DNA of 63,665 nt, the filler included, from Octopus bimaculoides (Eukaryota), in the NCBI RefSeq assembly GCF_001194135.2. It is 9 parts of 9 records of this genome, joined end to end, with 100 filler letters (N's around TTAATTAATTAA, not from the genome) between each part and the next. Parts side by side here need not be neighbours in the genome. Positions count along the whole stretch, not along the records: positions 18,073 to 27,858 come from NC_069001.1; positions 27,959 to 33,492 come from NC_068983.1; positions 33,593 to 36,370 come from NW_026304025.1; positions 36,471 to 40,065 come from NC_068981.1; 5 more parts are not named here. One strand, given 5' to 3'. Below the pieces are notes generated by a model that saw nothing but the letters and a program-made list of their open reading frames with translations, did no database searches and was not told the origin of the DNA. Positions 23,461 to 36,507 of the stretch are shown piece by piece (positions within the stretch are counted from its first letter, which is position 1; each line of letters starts with the position of its first letter). The position numbers and the translations under genes are program-made.

Positions 23461-24669
23461 GAGAAATAGTAATAGTATATACGGCGTTGGTTGTCAATAA
23501 TAAAAAAAAATCTAAGAACAAAAAACATGAAAATAGACGAAGGTATATGCGTATGCATATACATACATACGTACATACACGCAAACATATATATGTATGT
23601 GTGTATGGGTATATATATGTGTGTGTGTATATATATATATACATATATATAAAGAGATCGATATAGATATATATGTATGTATATACATACTCATTTCCTC
23701 TTTCTCTCTTTTTTCTTTCAATCATTTCTGTCCCTCTTCTTCCTCTCTTTCCTCATTCCCTCATCCGTACATACAAACAAAAGAGAGAGAGAGAGAGAGA
23801 GAGAGAGTGTGTGAGAGAGAGTGAGAGAGAGTGAGAGAGAGAGTGAGAGTGAGAGTGAGAGAGAGAGTGAGAGAGAGAGTGAGAGAGAGAGAGTGAGAGA
23901 GAGAGAGAGTGAGAGAGAGAGGAAGAGGGAGATAGAGAGGCAGAGTGTGGGAAAAGTCACCTAGAAAGAATGAAAAAGAGGGAAAGAGTGAAAACAGGTT
24001 ACGAGGCATCAAAGAATTATGCCTGAACTATAATATAACTCTAATAATATCAAATATTTCTAGCTGCACAGTATAACACACACATATCTATGTGTATATA
24101 TATACATACATATATATATATATACATATGTATATGTATATATATGTATATGTATATATATGTATGCATATATATGTATATATATGTATATATGTGTGTG
24201 TGCGTGTGTCTGTATAACTCGGATACAACTTATGGGTAACATAAGAGTTGGACGTACATGTATAACGGTATCAAATGGTCCAGCGAGTAAATGCGACATA
24301 ACAGCGCTGACATGACTATCGTCTCAATGACGGTATCGAGTATTAGACAGCTGTAAAATACGGTAAGCTGTGTCGTAAAGGTGTCACGGCAATATATGGG
24401 GTTAAGTGAAATGCGGTTTATGTGTCGCAATACGTTTGAAATCACGACGAATATACATTCATATATATATACATTAAGAAAAACACAGACATACACACTA
24501 ATACATGCACACACACACACACACACACATATATAAGAATGTATGTATGATGTTTTTATTTCGTTTGTGAAATTCTTAATGGGATGTCGTGGGCTTAAAC
24601 AGATTTTGTTGTTTTTCGGGTGGGTCATTATGCCAATAATAAGCACACTCACTAGTTCTATGTAATTTC

Positions 24670-24960
24670 TTTTATCATTATTATTATTATTGAGTGAGAG
24701 AGCAGTGCATGCCAACAAAGTGATACTAGGTTACAAATATGCGAAGCCCACTATACCCATCATGACTACCCGTCTAATTAGAGTACACCAGACACATGCA
24801 TCACAACCATATGTGAGGCCAGCCATGATCTTTCTTCACCTGACTGCCGACCGCCAACAACTCTTACGTCCATCTCCTATGTTCCTGCCTTTAGGCTTTC
24901 ACTTCACACACGCCAGCTCAATTTGATTCGTTCTCAGTCGAAAGACACCTGTTGTTATTT
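24670..24960 (-). mobile_element. Unclassified retroposon 3' end with (TAA)n tail
   Basis: Complex sequence that ends, on the minus strand, in CTCTCTCACTC-(AAT)n; no protein motif recognised. Confidence 0.35.
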
Positions 24961-25287
24961 TTTGTTGTTTTTGTGTACCATGTTCTCTGATTTTTCGTTT
25001 GTTCGTATTTTTGTCTTAGTTACCGTACACATTCGCTAGCTTTCTTACAAAGGGGTCTAACGCTCTTAGCTTAGACTTTTGGGGGGCAATCAGATCGAAC
25101 CATCTCAAGTGCAACTGCCCGAAATGGTCATGACTTCTTGAACTTGGACTGAGGAAAGAAAGCCACGAATGACCTGTCTTTTTTTTCCTGTCCTTCTAAT
25201 TGTTGTCTCTCTTGTCCGCCTTTGTATCGTGTATCTGCCCGAATGTTTTATTGTCCTCTGTTGAGTTTTTATTCCATATATATATAT

Positions 25288-25322
<35 letters not shown>

Positions 25323-25493
25323 AGATAGATAGATAGATAGATAGATAGATAAAGCCAAAAATGAAAAATTCAATTGTCCCTAATTGTAACTGACGGTGCA
25401 GGCTAGCACCTACATTGCTAGAAATAAGAGTTAAAGATCCTTTGAGCTGCAAATAAACGCACACACCATACACAGATGGATGGATAGTTAAAG

Positions 25494-25559
<66 letters not shown>

Positions 25560-26245
25560 ATACACATAAACATATATACACACACGTACACACACACACA
25601 CCGCATAAACACAGGCGCGCACTCACAGAGGTTTCTACAAATTGAAAGTTTGCTTCTTCCTTGCCTGAATGTTCACATTGTGCTCAGTTAAGAAAGACAA
25701 AAAATGCAGAATAAAAAAACTGAAGAATGCCTGGTACCAGGAGGAATTAAAGAGAGATATTTTTCAGAAACAAGAGAATGCTGAGCAGCGGAGAGAGCGA
25801 GAACGAGAGAGAGACAGATAGAGAGAGAGTAAAGAGAGAGAAAGTAAAGAGAGAGATGGAGAGGGGGTGAGAGAGAGATGAAATGGGAGTGAAAATGTAT
25901 AAAGTTTATTTGTTTAATGAGGTGCATGAATGGAAGAATGTGGAAAAATTATGGTTAGGTCTGTCTGTCTATCTATCTATCTATCTATATATCCATCATC
26001 TCTCTGTCTATGTATATATGTAGGTATCAATCTATCTGTTTATCTCTCTATGGATCTGTCTATCTGCTTATCTATCTATCTGTCGGTATGTATGTATGTA
26101 TGTATGTATGTATATTAGTCTATCTGTCTGTCCTCCTTTCTATTCATCTGTCTATCCATCTATCATTCTGTCTGTTTATCTGTTTGTCTATCTATCTCTA
26201 TCTATATAGGTTTGTATGTATGTATGTATGTCAATCTATCTATTG

Positions 26246-26329
<84 letters not shown>

Positions 26330-26467
26330 ACGTAACATCTGGCATTGGAGCTGTGTTCTACGCAGTGCAGGAATCGTCTACGAAAACGAACCGTATTACA
26401 TTCCATCGTGGTACAACTCTGCCCATCATTCTTTCCTACGTACAATCTGTGAAAAATCAGAGAATGT

Positions 26468-26615
26468 TTGGCTCCGTGGTGAAGGCATGGCGCAGGCATG
26501 GCTTTGTAGCTAAGCAGATCGTTGTGAGACCACGTGGTTTCGTGTTCAGTCCCACTGTGTAGTACTTGGGGCAAGTGTCTTCTACAATAGCTCCTGGTTC
26601 GAAGGAAACTGTGTG
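26468..26615 (+). mobile_element. Diverged CORE-like SINE head
   Basis: GCAGGCATGGCTTTGTAGCTAAG...GTGTTCAGTCCCACTGTGTAGTACTTGGGGCAAGTGTCTTCTAC. Confidence 0.65.
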
Positions 26616-27360
26616 GACACCAAATTTAAGTTTTTTATTATATCAATGAACTCCTTAACCGTATCCCTGTATGACCATTCATAAATCTGAAAACTAGCCT
26701 GTCATCACGGTAAATGCCGACCTCTAAATAGTCGAGTCGCTTCGTAAGATAAAAAAATCTAAGATGTACAACCCTATCTTCAACGCTATTTTTACGATGG
26801 TGAGCAATTCGAATCTGAATATAGTTAATTTCTTAGATATAGCATATTTCCGTACTAAAAAGACTGCTCCTTTACCAGACCTACTAATAATCCTTACAAA
26901 CGAAGACTAATATTAGTATATCTAATATATTCTTTAATAAAGAAGCAGCTAACTTTGTTTCTCATTATTACCATAACGTAGTAAAAGACAGTAGATTCAA
27001 AGTATACACACCAGAAAGTATACACGTTAGTATACCAATACTAAAAACATTAGAAGCAGGAAACGAAACATTATATGGTATAATTCTTCCTATAATGTAT
27101 ATATATTCATTCCATTATTGCCAGGAGTATCTGAATCAATACTCTATGAAGCATAGTTATCATAAGATCTTTAAGATAAATAGCTATCAAGTGATAACCG
27201 TTTCAGCAAGAGGGCTACAGCTTCCAGAGACAATAGAAATAGAAATTTTCCCAGTACAGACATACATAAAACTTCTCACTTGTGTCAATGCCGAAATCTT
27301 AACATTTGTTCTATGGGTGATATGGTCCTCCATAAGTTTATGAAGCTAAAGACTAACGTC
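26610..27360 (+). mobile_element. Highly decayed Penelope-like element
   Basis: Scattered motifs: VNFLDI (about 26824), WYNxSYN (about 27075), KIFKINS (about 27167), in the same order as in other Penelope copies. Confidence 0.45.
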
Positions 27361-27745
27361 TCTCTCGCGAATGGTATTCAAAATAAACAGGTTTAAGGCT
27401 TTATAGGGCTTGCAGAAACTTCATGGAAAAAGGATTCTGTGTATGTGTATATGTATATATAATTATATACAAATATATACATACATACACATACGTATAT
27501 CAGTGTGCCCATGTGTGTGTGTGTATATAAGTGTGTGCTTGTCGTGTGAGTGTGTATATATGTTTGGATTCGTAATGTGTGTGTGTAATTAGGCTGGTCC
27601 AGTAGACAATGACTCTGGACTCGCCATGACGTGGAAAGCTCAGGGCCACAAATGCGGATCGGATTCACTATTGAACTTTGTCTTGGTATTGAAAACTTCT
27701 GGTCGTTACCTGTCAACATATATATATACACATGCATATACATAG

Positions 27746-27789
<44 letters not shown>

Positions 27790-27958
27790 ATATATATATA
27801 TAATATATGTATATAATATATGTATATAATATATACATATCTGTGTGTGTGTATATATNNNNNNNNNNNNNNNNNNNNNNNNNNNNNNNNNNNNNNNNNN
27901 NNTTAATTAATTAANNNNNNNNNNNNNNNNNNNNNNNNNNNNNNNNNNNNNNNNNNNN

Positions 27959-28012
<54 letters not shown>

Positions 28013-28044
28013 ACATACATTTGCATATAGATAAAAACTTACAT

Positions 28045-28077
<33 letters not shown>

Positions 28078-28159
28078 ATACAGACGCTTATTTTATTAGA
28101 CACAACAAACATACACACAACACCAGATACACACATCGTGAAAAGCTATTGTCTCTTAC

Positions 28160-28491
28160 CTGTATCTGTGTCATCGAGGTCGCAGCTGTCTCCGTCTGAC
28201 CAATCGCTAAATCGTTCTGCATTGCCCTCCACGAAGTCGTTGTACTTTGTAATTCGAGTCGACCAAGATCCGTCTCTACATGGAACAGTATTCTTAAGGC
28301 GTCGTCGCATGTTGGCGAACCAGTTTGATACTTGTGTCAGCGTCATCTGTGAACGTTTTGCTAGTGTCTGTTTAACAGCTCGGGACGGATAAGGATTTTT
28401 ACTGTTCTCCTGCAGCCATCGTTTTAACGGACGGGACATCATCTGTAGCGTTTTGCGTTTGTAGCGAACTTTTTCTGTGAAGGCCCGCGAG
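28160..28491 (-). CDS. mkx: Mohawk homeobox (TALE/IRO class) gene, internal exon encoding the whole homeodomain
   Basis: SRAFTEKVRYKRKTLQMMSRPLKRWLQENSKNPYPSRAVKQTLAKRSQMTLTQVSNWFANMRRRLKNTVPCRDGSWSTRITKYNDFVEGNAERFS aligns with Mkx KVRHKRQ...RPLKQWL...NPYP...SQMTLVQVSNWFANARRRLKNTV...SW..RI..YN..V.GNAERLS; the post-homeodomain motif distinguishes Mkx from Irx. Donor G|GTAAGA at 28160/28159; first upstream AG at 28493-28492 (alternative AG 28476-28475). Confidence 0.9.
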
Positions 28492-28660
28492 CTGTTGTTT
28501 GCGTAGAAGTTGATGTTGTTATTTTTATTATTATTGGTTATAATGTTCGTAGTGTTCGTTATGTTGGTCGTAGCGGTGGTAGTGGTGATGGTTCGTTGAG
28601 AATGGACAGGAAAAAAGAAAAATAAAAGAAGAAATTAGACCAGATAGTTTTATGTAATCT

Positions 28661-28766
<106 letters not shown>

Positions 28767-29088
28767 NNNNNNNNNNNNNNNNNNNNNNNNNNNNNNNNNN
28801 NNNNNNNNNNNNNNNNNNNNNNNNNNNNNNNNNNNNNNNNNNNNNNNNNNNNNNNNNNNNNNNNNNNNNNNNNNNNNNNNNNNNNNNNNNNNNNNNNNNN
28901 NNNNNNNNNNNNNNNNNNNNNNNNNNNNNNNNNNNNNNNNNNNNNNNNNNNNNNNNNNNNNNNNNNNNNNNNNNNNNNNNNNNNNNNNNNNNNNNNNNNN
29001 NNNNNNNNNNNNNNNNNNNNNNNNNNNNNNNNNNNNNNNNNNNNNNNNNNNNNNNNNNNNNNNNNNNNNNNNNNNNNNNNNNNNNNNN

Positions 29089-29147
<59 letters not shown>

Positions 29148-29894
29148 ATATATGTATGAATGTTTGAATAACTTAGATAGATCGATAGATACATACATAT
29201 TTGTATACATGCATACATACACACACACATACATACATACATACAAAGATACATGCATACATACATATAGAATCAACTTCTGATGAATGACATAATTTAC
29301 ACTACCCTCTGGAAATTCCGATGTTGGCCGGAATACTTCAGATTATTTGATATTTGTGTATAAAAATTACACATATGAAATGAAATGAAATGTTCTTACA
29401 ATCCTAGTTGCTGTAGATATGCTTCTTAAACTGTTTCATATATTCAATAAAACATATTTCTAACTCAAAATATGAATAGGGACTTTGCACAATTGTATGT
29501 TTCGTATTTTCTCTTTCGATCACAGTCAAGCTTTCTTTGCACATCTACGTTAATCATAAAAGTATGAACACTTTGGCTATGAACCTCAGTATTAATCTTG
29601 ACTAGCTGGGTGTCATAAAACCACATTCAAAATAGAAGATTGCACCTATGACCCATCAAAGGCAGTGTCAAAATGTGTAACCGACCAATTGATTAATTAA
29701 AAAATAATGAAGTGAAATAGAACTAGTGCGAGTGCGTATTGCTGGCAGCAGAGATACTACAAAATATGTTTCCAAGACACGAGTTCACGTGAATAATCTT
29801 GTAAACCAAATACAAACACTAATCATCCCAGAAGGTTAGCATGTAATAAGTTTCTATACACACAAATATACAATTAAGTACACACACACACACT

Positions 29895-29938
<44 letters not shown>

Positions 29939-30158
29939 NNNNNNNNNNNNNNNNNNNNNNNNNNNNNNNNNNNNNNNNNNNNNNNNNNNNNNNNNNNNNN
30001 NNNNNNNNNNNNNNNNNNNNNNNNNNNNNNNNNNNNNNNNNNNNNNNNNNNNNNNNNNNNNNNNNNNNNNNNNNNNNNNNNNNNNNNNNNNNNNNNNNNN
30101 NNNNNNNNNNNNNNNNNNNNNNNNNNNNNNNNNNNNNNNNNNNNNNNNNNNNNNNNNN

Positions 30159-30195
<37 letters not shown>

Positions 30196-30779
30196 TTACA
30201 CACATACACGCACATACATATACATATATAAGATCACACGACCCTGCATGCATACCCACACTATACACATACATACATCGTAGTTTAGCAGAGCTAGTAC
30301 AAACAATGAGAACATATTCAGTACTAAATAGATTGAATATATTTCTTAACATAGGAAATTGAATGCTCTTCTCCAAACCTCTGGAGACAGTTTCCAATGA
30401 AGATAATGCATTTTGTTACAATAAACTTTTCATTCCACACTGAAGTCAGCTGCCGCGGTATCCCAGCAAGATCAGCGCTGTTTCTGGCAGAAGATCGATT
30501 TGGAATTCAAACAGCCGAATAAAACCATTAACGAGATAGCCATACAAACTGTGATGAGATCAAGGGAGTGGTGGTTGTTTGAAGGAGGGGAAACAACTCC
30601 GGTGTTAGTTGCTCGGATATCTATTCAGTTCTCCAGCAGAGAAAATGTACAAAGGGTGCTTGAAACGGACAGTGGGAGCCATCTTGAAGCGAGGCTAAGG
30701 AAAAAGAAGGGCTCGCTGTGCGCTGAAGCTCCATTATGCAGCCCTTGTATTTAAACCCACTGAAGAATACAGCAGTGGT

Positions 30780-31560
30780 TGACAGGGGACCGCACATGGA
30801 ACCCCTCGACAGACGAACTCTAATTCACGACAGCTATGGTTTTGATCACAGACCTGCTCGACCATGGCTGCTCGAAGTCTGCTGATCAGGGGCTAAACAA
30901 TAACAGTAACGTTATCAACAAAATCACAGACGCTGGTTCGGCCAAGGTCAAATCTGACCGAATACATTTATGATCCGAAGCATTTTATATGTCTTGGGCG
31001 ATCCTACTTCGTCGCTTGGGGGCGTCGACACAACATCAACTATGTCCTTCCGCTCCTAAAGATGTTGGGGTATATTTGAGAAAGATTTGTGTGCTGTTTC
31101 TAGCAGCCCTATTGACCACGTACACGCTCTCCCCACCTTGAATTGCCGTTAATTATGGTTATAGATAAATGAAGAGGAAAACACAAGCTCGTTACTGTTT
31201 CCTTCAGGTCAAACGGTTACATTGATACCCACTCGCTTGATGGTGTAATAAAAGAATAAAAGAATGTATATATATATATAAAAAGACGTTCCAATCATGA
31301 CCAATCCGCCAGTTTGCATGCCTAGAACCATATCACCTACATAGTTCTCTGTCTAAAGGTAATGAAGTCGGATGACATTTATTATTATTGTTTTAATACC
31401 ATTTAGCCTGGATCCCCTAAAGGCACTCCAGCCAGCCGTGACAATCTCGTCTCGTTCTATGTGCTGTGAACTCAGGTATACAATAGCTAACGTATCCTTT
31501 CAAAGGCGTTAGAGTGTGATTTTAATGGAACATAGGTGCTATTTTTTGTAGGCCAAATAG
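30780..31560. repeat. Cluster of short dispersed-repeat remnants ((AAC)n-tailed type; similar piece at 47880-48000)
   Basis: GATCACAGACCTGCTCGACC...GGGGCTAAACAATAAC and TTTAGCTCCAGATCAGCCCTGA... motifs recur in both orientations. Confidence 0.4.
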
Positions 31561-31916
31561 CTAGATAAAGTTTCCTTCGTCGACTAATTTACTCGAACTG
31601 TCTACGTGATGGGCGGGCATTTTGTGGGATTAATATCTGTAGGTGGAAGTGTTTGTGAACATACATTTAAAACCGGGCAGAGACAAAAAGCGAAGAAGGT
31701 TGTACAGACTGTTACCATCCCTAATGGATTCGTTTACGTTATACAAACGTCACATACACAAGTATACATAAACATAAATAAACACATACAATCATACATA
31801 CACACATTCATACAGACGCACACACACCCTCACACACTCACAGACACACACACATATATATATATACACACAAATAATTAAAGTATGTATGTTTGTGTGT
31901 GTGTGTATATATATAC

Positions 31917-31949
<33 letters not shown>

Positions 31950-31966
31950 AATACATATATATATAT

Positions 31967-32008
<42 letters not shown>

Positions 32009-33130
32009 NNNNNNNNNNNNNNNNNNNNNNNNNNNNNNNNNNNNNNNNNNNNNNNNNNNNNNNNNNNNNNNNNNNNNNNNNNNNNNNNNNNNNNNNNNNN
32101 NNNNNNNNNNNNNNNNNNNNNNNNNNNNNNNNNNNNNNNNNNNNNNNNNNNNNNNNNNNNNNNNNNNNNNNNNNNNNNNNNNNNNNNNNNNNNNNNNNNN
32201 NNNNNNNNNNNNNNNNNNNNNNNNNNNNNNNNNNNNNNNNNNNNNNNNNNNNNNNNNNNNNNNNNNNNNNNNNNNNNNNNNNNNNNNNNNNNNNNNNNNN
32301 NNNNNNNNNNNNNNNNNNNNNNNNNNNNNNNNNNNNNNNNNNNNNNNNNNNNNNNNNNNNNNNNNNNNNNNNNNNNNNNNNNNNNNNNNNNNNNNNNNNN
32401 NNNNNNNNNNNNNNNNNNNNNNNNNNNNNNNNNNNNNNNNNNNNNNNNNNNNNNNNNNNNNNNNNNNNNNNNNNNNNNNNNNNNNNNNNNNNNNNNCACG
32501 TGTACAAAGACAGTCAAACATACGTACATATATATATATACATATAAGCATACACATACATTTATCAATAGACATACAAAATCACTTAAGATGTTATAAG
32601 TGAAACGAAGAAATAAGAACTAAAAAAAACCCCCTCATAAAACCACAAAAATAAAAATATAAAAAACAGAAAAGAAATGAATTTGCTTCGCGATTTTGTG
32701 TGAAACTTTTAGAAATTCATCGACGACAGCTTGTTTCTAAGATACGGCTTTCTTGATTAATGGGAAGATATTTACGAATAAAGAAAGATACACAGACACA
32801 CTAATACATATACACACACACGCTCGTACACTCTCTTACATGTACACGTGCACATATATATTAATGTGATGGCATAGCCGTATCGATAAGAAGTTCTCTT
32901 TGAAACTTCGATGGATTTGTGTTCGATTCGACTGCACAGCACATTGAGCGTGTGTTTTCCTCAATATCTTCGGGTTGATGGATAGTTTGTGAGATGTAGT
33001 TAGTAAAATGAGACTGTGAGGAATCCAGTAATATCTGTATGTATGTGTATATGTGTGTGTATATATGTGCGTATATGAATACACATACTCACATACAAAC
33101 ACACACACGCATACATATATAAATGTATTT

Positions 33131-33446
33131 ATTTATTATTATTATGCGCCCTTTTAAAGCCTAGCCAAGCTCATGGGCCCGGTTTCCTGGTTTCTATAGC
33201 GTATGTGTTCTCCCCAGCTGGACGGGACGCCAGTCCATTGCAGCGTTACTCAAGAAACAGGAAGAAAGAGTGAGAGAAAGTTGGGGCGAAAGAGTACAAC
33301 AGGGGTCGCCAACACCTCTTCCCGGAGCCTCGCGAAGCTTTAGATGTTTTCGCTCAATAAACACACACAACGCCCGGTCTGGGAATCGAAACCGCGATCC
33401 TCCGACCGCGAGTCCGCTGCCCTAACCACTGGGCCTTTGCGCCTTC
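33131..33446 (-). mobile_element. tRNA-derived SINE with V-domain-like core, full length, (TAA)n tail
   Basis: Minus strand: A-box GGCCCAGTGGTTAGGG, B-box GGTTTCGATTCCC, core CTGCAATGGACTGGCGTCCCGTCCAG (33218-33243) resembling the V-SINE conserved motif, tail (ATA)n. Confidence 0.75.
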
Positions 33447-33859
33447 ATATGAATGTTTACACACACACACGCACACACACACACACACACACNNNNNNNN
33501 NNNNNNNNNNNNNNNNNNNNNNNNNNNNNNNNNNNNTTAATTAATTAANNNNNNNNNNNNNNNNNNNNNNNNNNNNNNNNNNNNNNNNNNNNGATAAGAT
33601 TATAATGTTGTAGATATGTGAATGAATTAATTACTGTATGAAAACCATTTTAAACTCTTATACAAACTGTATGTGTATGCGCACATGTGTGTATGTACAT
33701 GTGTGTGGATGTGTGTGTGCATGTACTGTGCACGCATATATGTATGTGTAAGTTTTTGTTTCCGTGCAAGAGGAAATGTGCTCACAGTAAAATACGGTGT
33801 ATTTATTGTAATGTTGAGACTAAACATTGTTGCTATTATGACTTTTGTATTTTAACCTT

Positions 33860-33931
<72 letters not shown>

Positions 33932-34245
33932 NNNNNNNNNNNNNNNNNNNNNNNNNNNNNNNNNNNNNNNNNNNNNNNNNNNNNNNNNNNNNNNNNNNNN
34001 NNNNNNNNNNNNNNNNNNNNNNNNNNNNNNNNNNNNNNNNNNNNNNNNNNNNNNNNNNNNNNNNNNNNNNNNNNNNNNNNNNNNNNNNNNNNNNNNNNNN
34101 NNNNNNNNNNNNNNNNNNNNNNNNNNNNNNNNNCGGTAATTACTTTGGACATGTTGACCTGGGATTAGGAAGCAAACATCTTCTCAAGTACACATGCATA
34201 TATATTTGTATAAGTGTAATATATGTATGTACTTTTGAATGTATG

Positions 34246-34279
<34 letters not shown>

Positions 34280-34398
34280 TATGTGTCTGTATGTATGTAT
34301 GTATATGTGTCTGTATGTATGTGTGTGTATGTATATGTATGTATGTGTATGTATGCATGTATGTATGTATGTATGTATGTATGTATGTATGTATGTAT

Positions 34399-36370
34399 CA
34401 GAGACTTGTATAGAAGGTGATGGTCAGCTTGAGGAAGTAGGGGGTGGATACACCTTTTTTGGACGGGAAGGCAGAAGGAGGAGTGCAGAGAGGCTGGTGT
34501 TGGTTTTGCAGTTCGATCTGATATCCTTAAGAAGTTGGAAGAGCTCCCTGTTCCTATAAATTAACGTATAATGACTCTATGTTTGCACTTGAAAGGTAGG
34601 TGGTTAGCTACTCTAATAAGTGCCTATGCACTTACTTTGACTAGCTGTGATGAAGATAAAACAATCTTTTATACCCAACTGAGAGCCATTCTGAGAAAAA
34701 TCTCCAATTCTGATAAAGTCATTCTACTGGGGGATTTTAATGCCAGGGTTGGAACAGACTGGCAAACATGAAACTCTCTAGGACATTTTGGAGTAGGGAA
34801 AATGAATAGCAGTGGTCTCATGCTACTGGAGCTTTCCGAAGAACATGGACTTTATATCGCAAGCACTCATTTTATGCACAAATGTGATTGCACAACAACA
34901 TGGATGCATCCAAGGTCTAAAGTTTGGTACTTGCTGGATTTTGTCATCATCTGCAAGCATGACATCTATGACATTTGTAATGTCAAGTCCTTTCATGGAT
35001 CGGAATGCTGGACAGACCACAGTCTAGTGCAAGCAAAGTTCCGAATGATGATTAGAGTGCAAAAGAGAAGAGGACCAGTCAGCATTCCTCGGCATCTAAA
35101 TGTCCACAAGGTATATGATGTTGTGGTTAGGAAAGCTTCTGACTCACTTGTCCAGCATTGAAAATACTGCAGCGTGGGAAGATTTTCGAGACCAGGTTCT
35201 TCAATGTGCAGCTGAAACACTGGGATATGCTACTGCCAGACACAGAGACTGGTTTGATGAAAATGATGCTGAAGTTCAGCAACTATTGGTGGTAAAGCAC
35301 CATGCCCACAATGTATTGCTACACAGAGAACTGTTTACTGTGCAGTGAAGTCTAGCACTTGCCCACTATAGCAGTGTGAAATCACTACTGCAGCGATCTC
35401 TCAGGAAGTTGCAGAACACTTGGTGGGAGGATCTTGCTCATAATGTTCAGGCTGCTGCTGATGCAAATGACAGCAAAAAGCTTTACCATCTTATGAAGTG
35501 AGCTTATGGACCTAAGAGCTCCACATCAGCTCCTTTGCTTTCCAAGGAGTCTTCCACTCTGTTTACTAAATCAACACAAATCACAGGTCGCTGGATCAAA
35601 CACTTCTCTGAAATCCTAAACCATGAGTCAGTTGTGGATGAAACAGTGATTGATACTATGCAACAAAGACCTATCATTGGCTCCTTAAATTCCACGCTCT
35701 CAATAGATGAAGTAATGACATCAATAAGTAAATTGAATCTTGGTAGGGCACCTGGAAAGGATGGAATTTGTGCTGAGGTCTTGTGATTTAGTGGTAATTG
35801 CATCACACAGTCCCTTCATGAACTTATTAGTGTAATGTGGAGGGATGGTGCAATGCCTAAGGACTGGAAGGATGCAATTATTCTTCCTCTATATAAAGGA
35901 AAAGGAGCCAGAACAACGTGTGGTAACTACAGAGGTATTGCTCTACTATCAGCTGCTGGCAAGGTTCTAGCAAATATTCTTTTTACACGTCTGAATGGGT
36001 GTCTCATAAATGATGTCCTATCTGAATCTCAATGTGGCTTCCGATCTGGTAGAGGGACAATGGATATGATTTTCACAGCAAGACAGATGCAGGAGAAGTG
36101 CTATGAGTAGAATATGGATCTTGTCCAGGTATTCATTGATTTAACAAAGGCCTTTGATACTGTAAAATTTTCTATGGAAAATACTTGGCAAACTTGGATG
36201 TCCAGATCACTTTGTATCTGTAATTAAATCATTTCATGATGCGATGGAGGCTTGGGTCAATGTTGGTGGTGGCATGGTGGGGCCCATTCCTGTAGAGAAT
36301 GGTGTCAAGCAGGGTGACAACCTTGCCCCAACTCTCTTTTCTTTGTACTTTGCTGCTGCTTTTACTCATG
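34399..36370 (+). mobile_element. RTE-clade LINE (APE endonuclease + RT), decayed, cut by linker
   Basis: SAYALT...VILLGDFNARVG...TWMHPRSKVWYLLDFVI (APE); PKDWKDAII..YKGKG...CGNYRGIALLS..GKVLA...ESQCGFRSGRGTMDMIF..RQMQEKC; FIDLTKAFD; GVKQGDNLAPTLF (RT); several in-frame stops. Confidence 0.92.
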
Positions 36371-36470
36371 NNNNNNNNNNNNNNNNNNNNNNNNNNNNNN
36401 NNNNNNNNNNNNNNTTAATTAATTAANNNNNNNNNNNNNNNNNNNNNNNNNNNNNNNNNNNNNNNNNNNN

Positions 36471-36507
<37 letters not shown>

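Noticed and set aside
30500-30754. 84-aa ORF as an upstream mkx exon
   Set aside because: Wrong strand for mkx, no Mkx similarity, and it runs into dispersed-repeat sequence.
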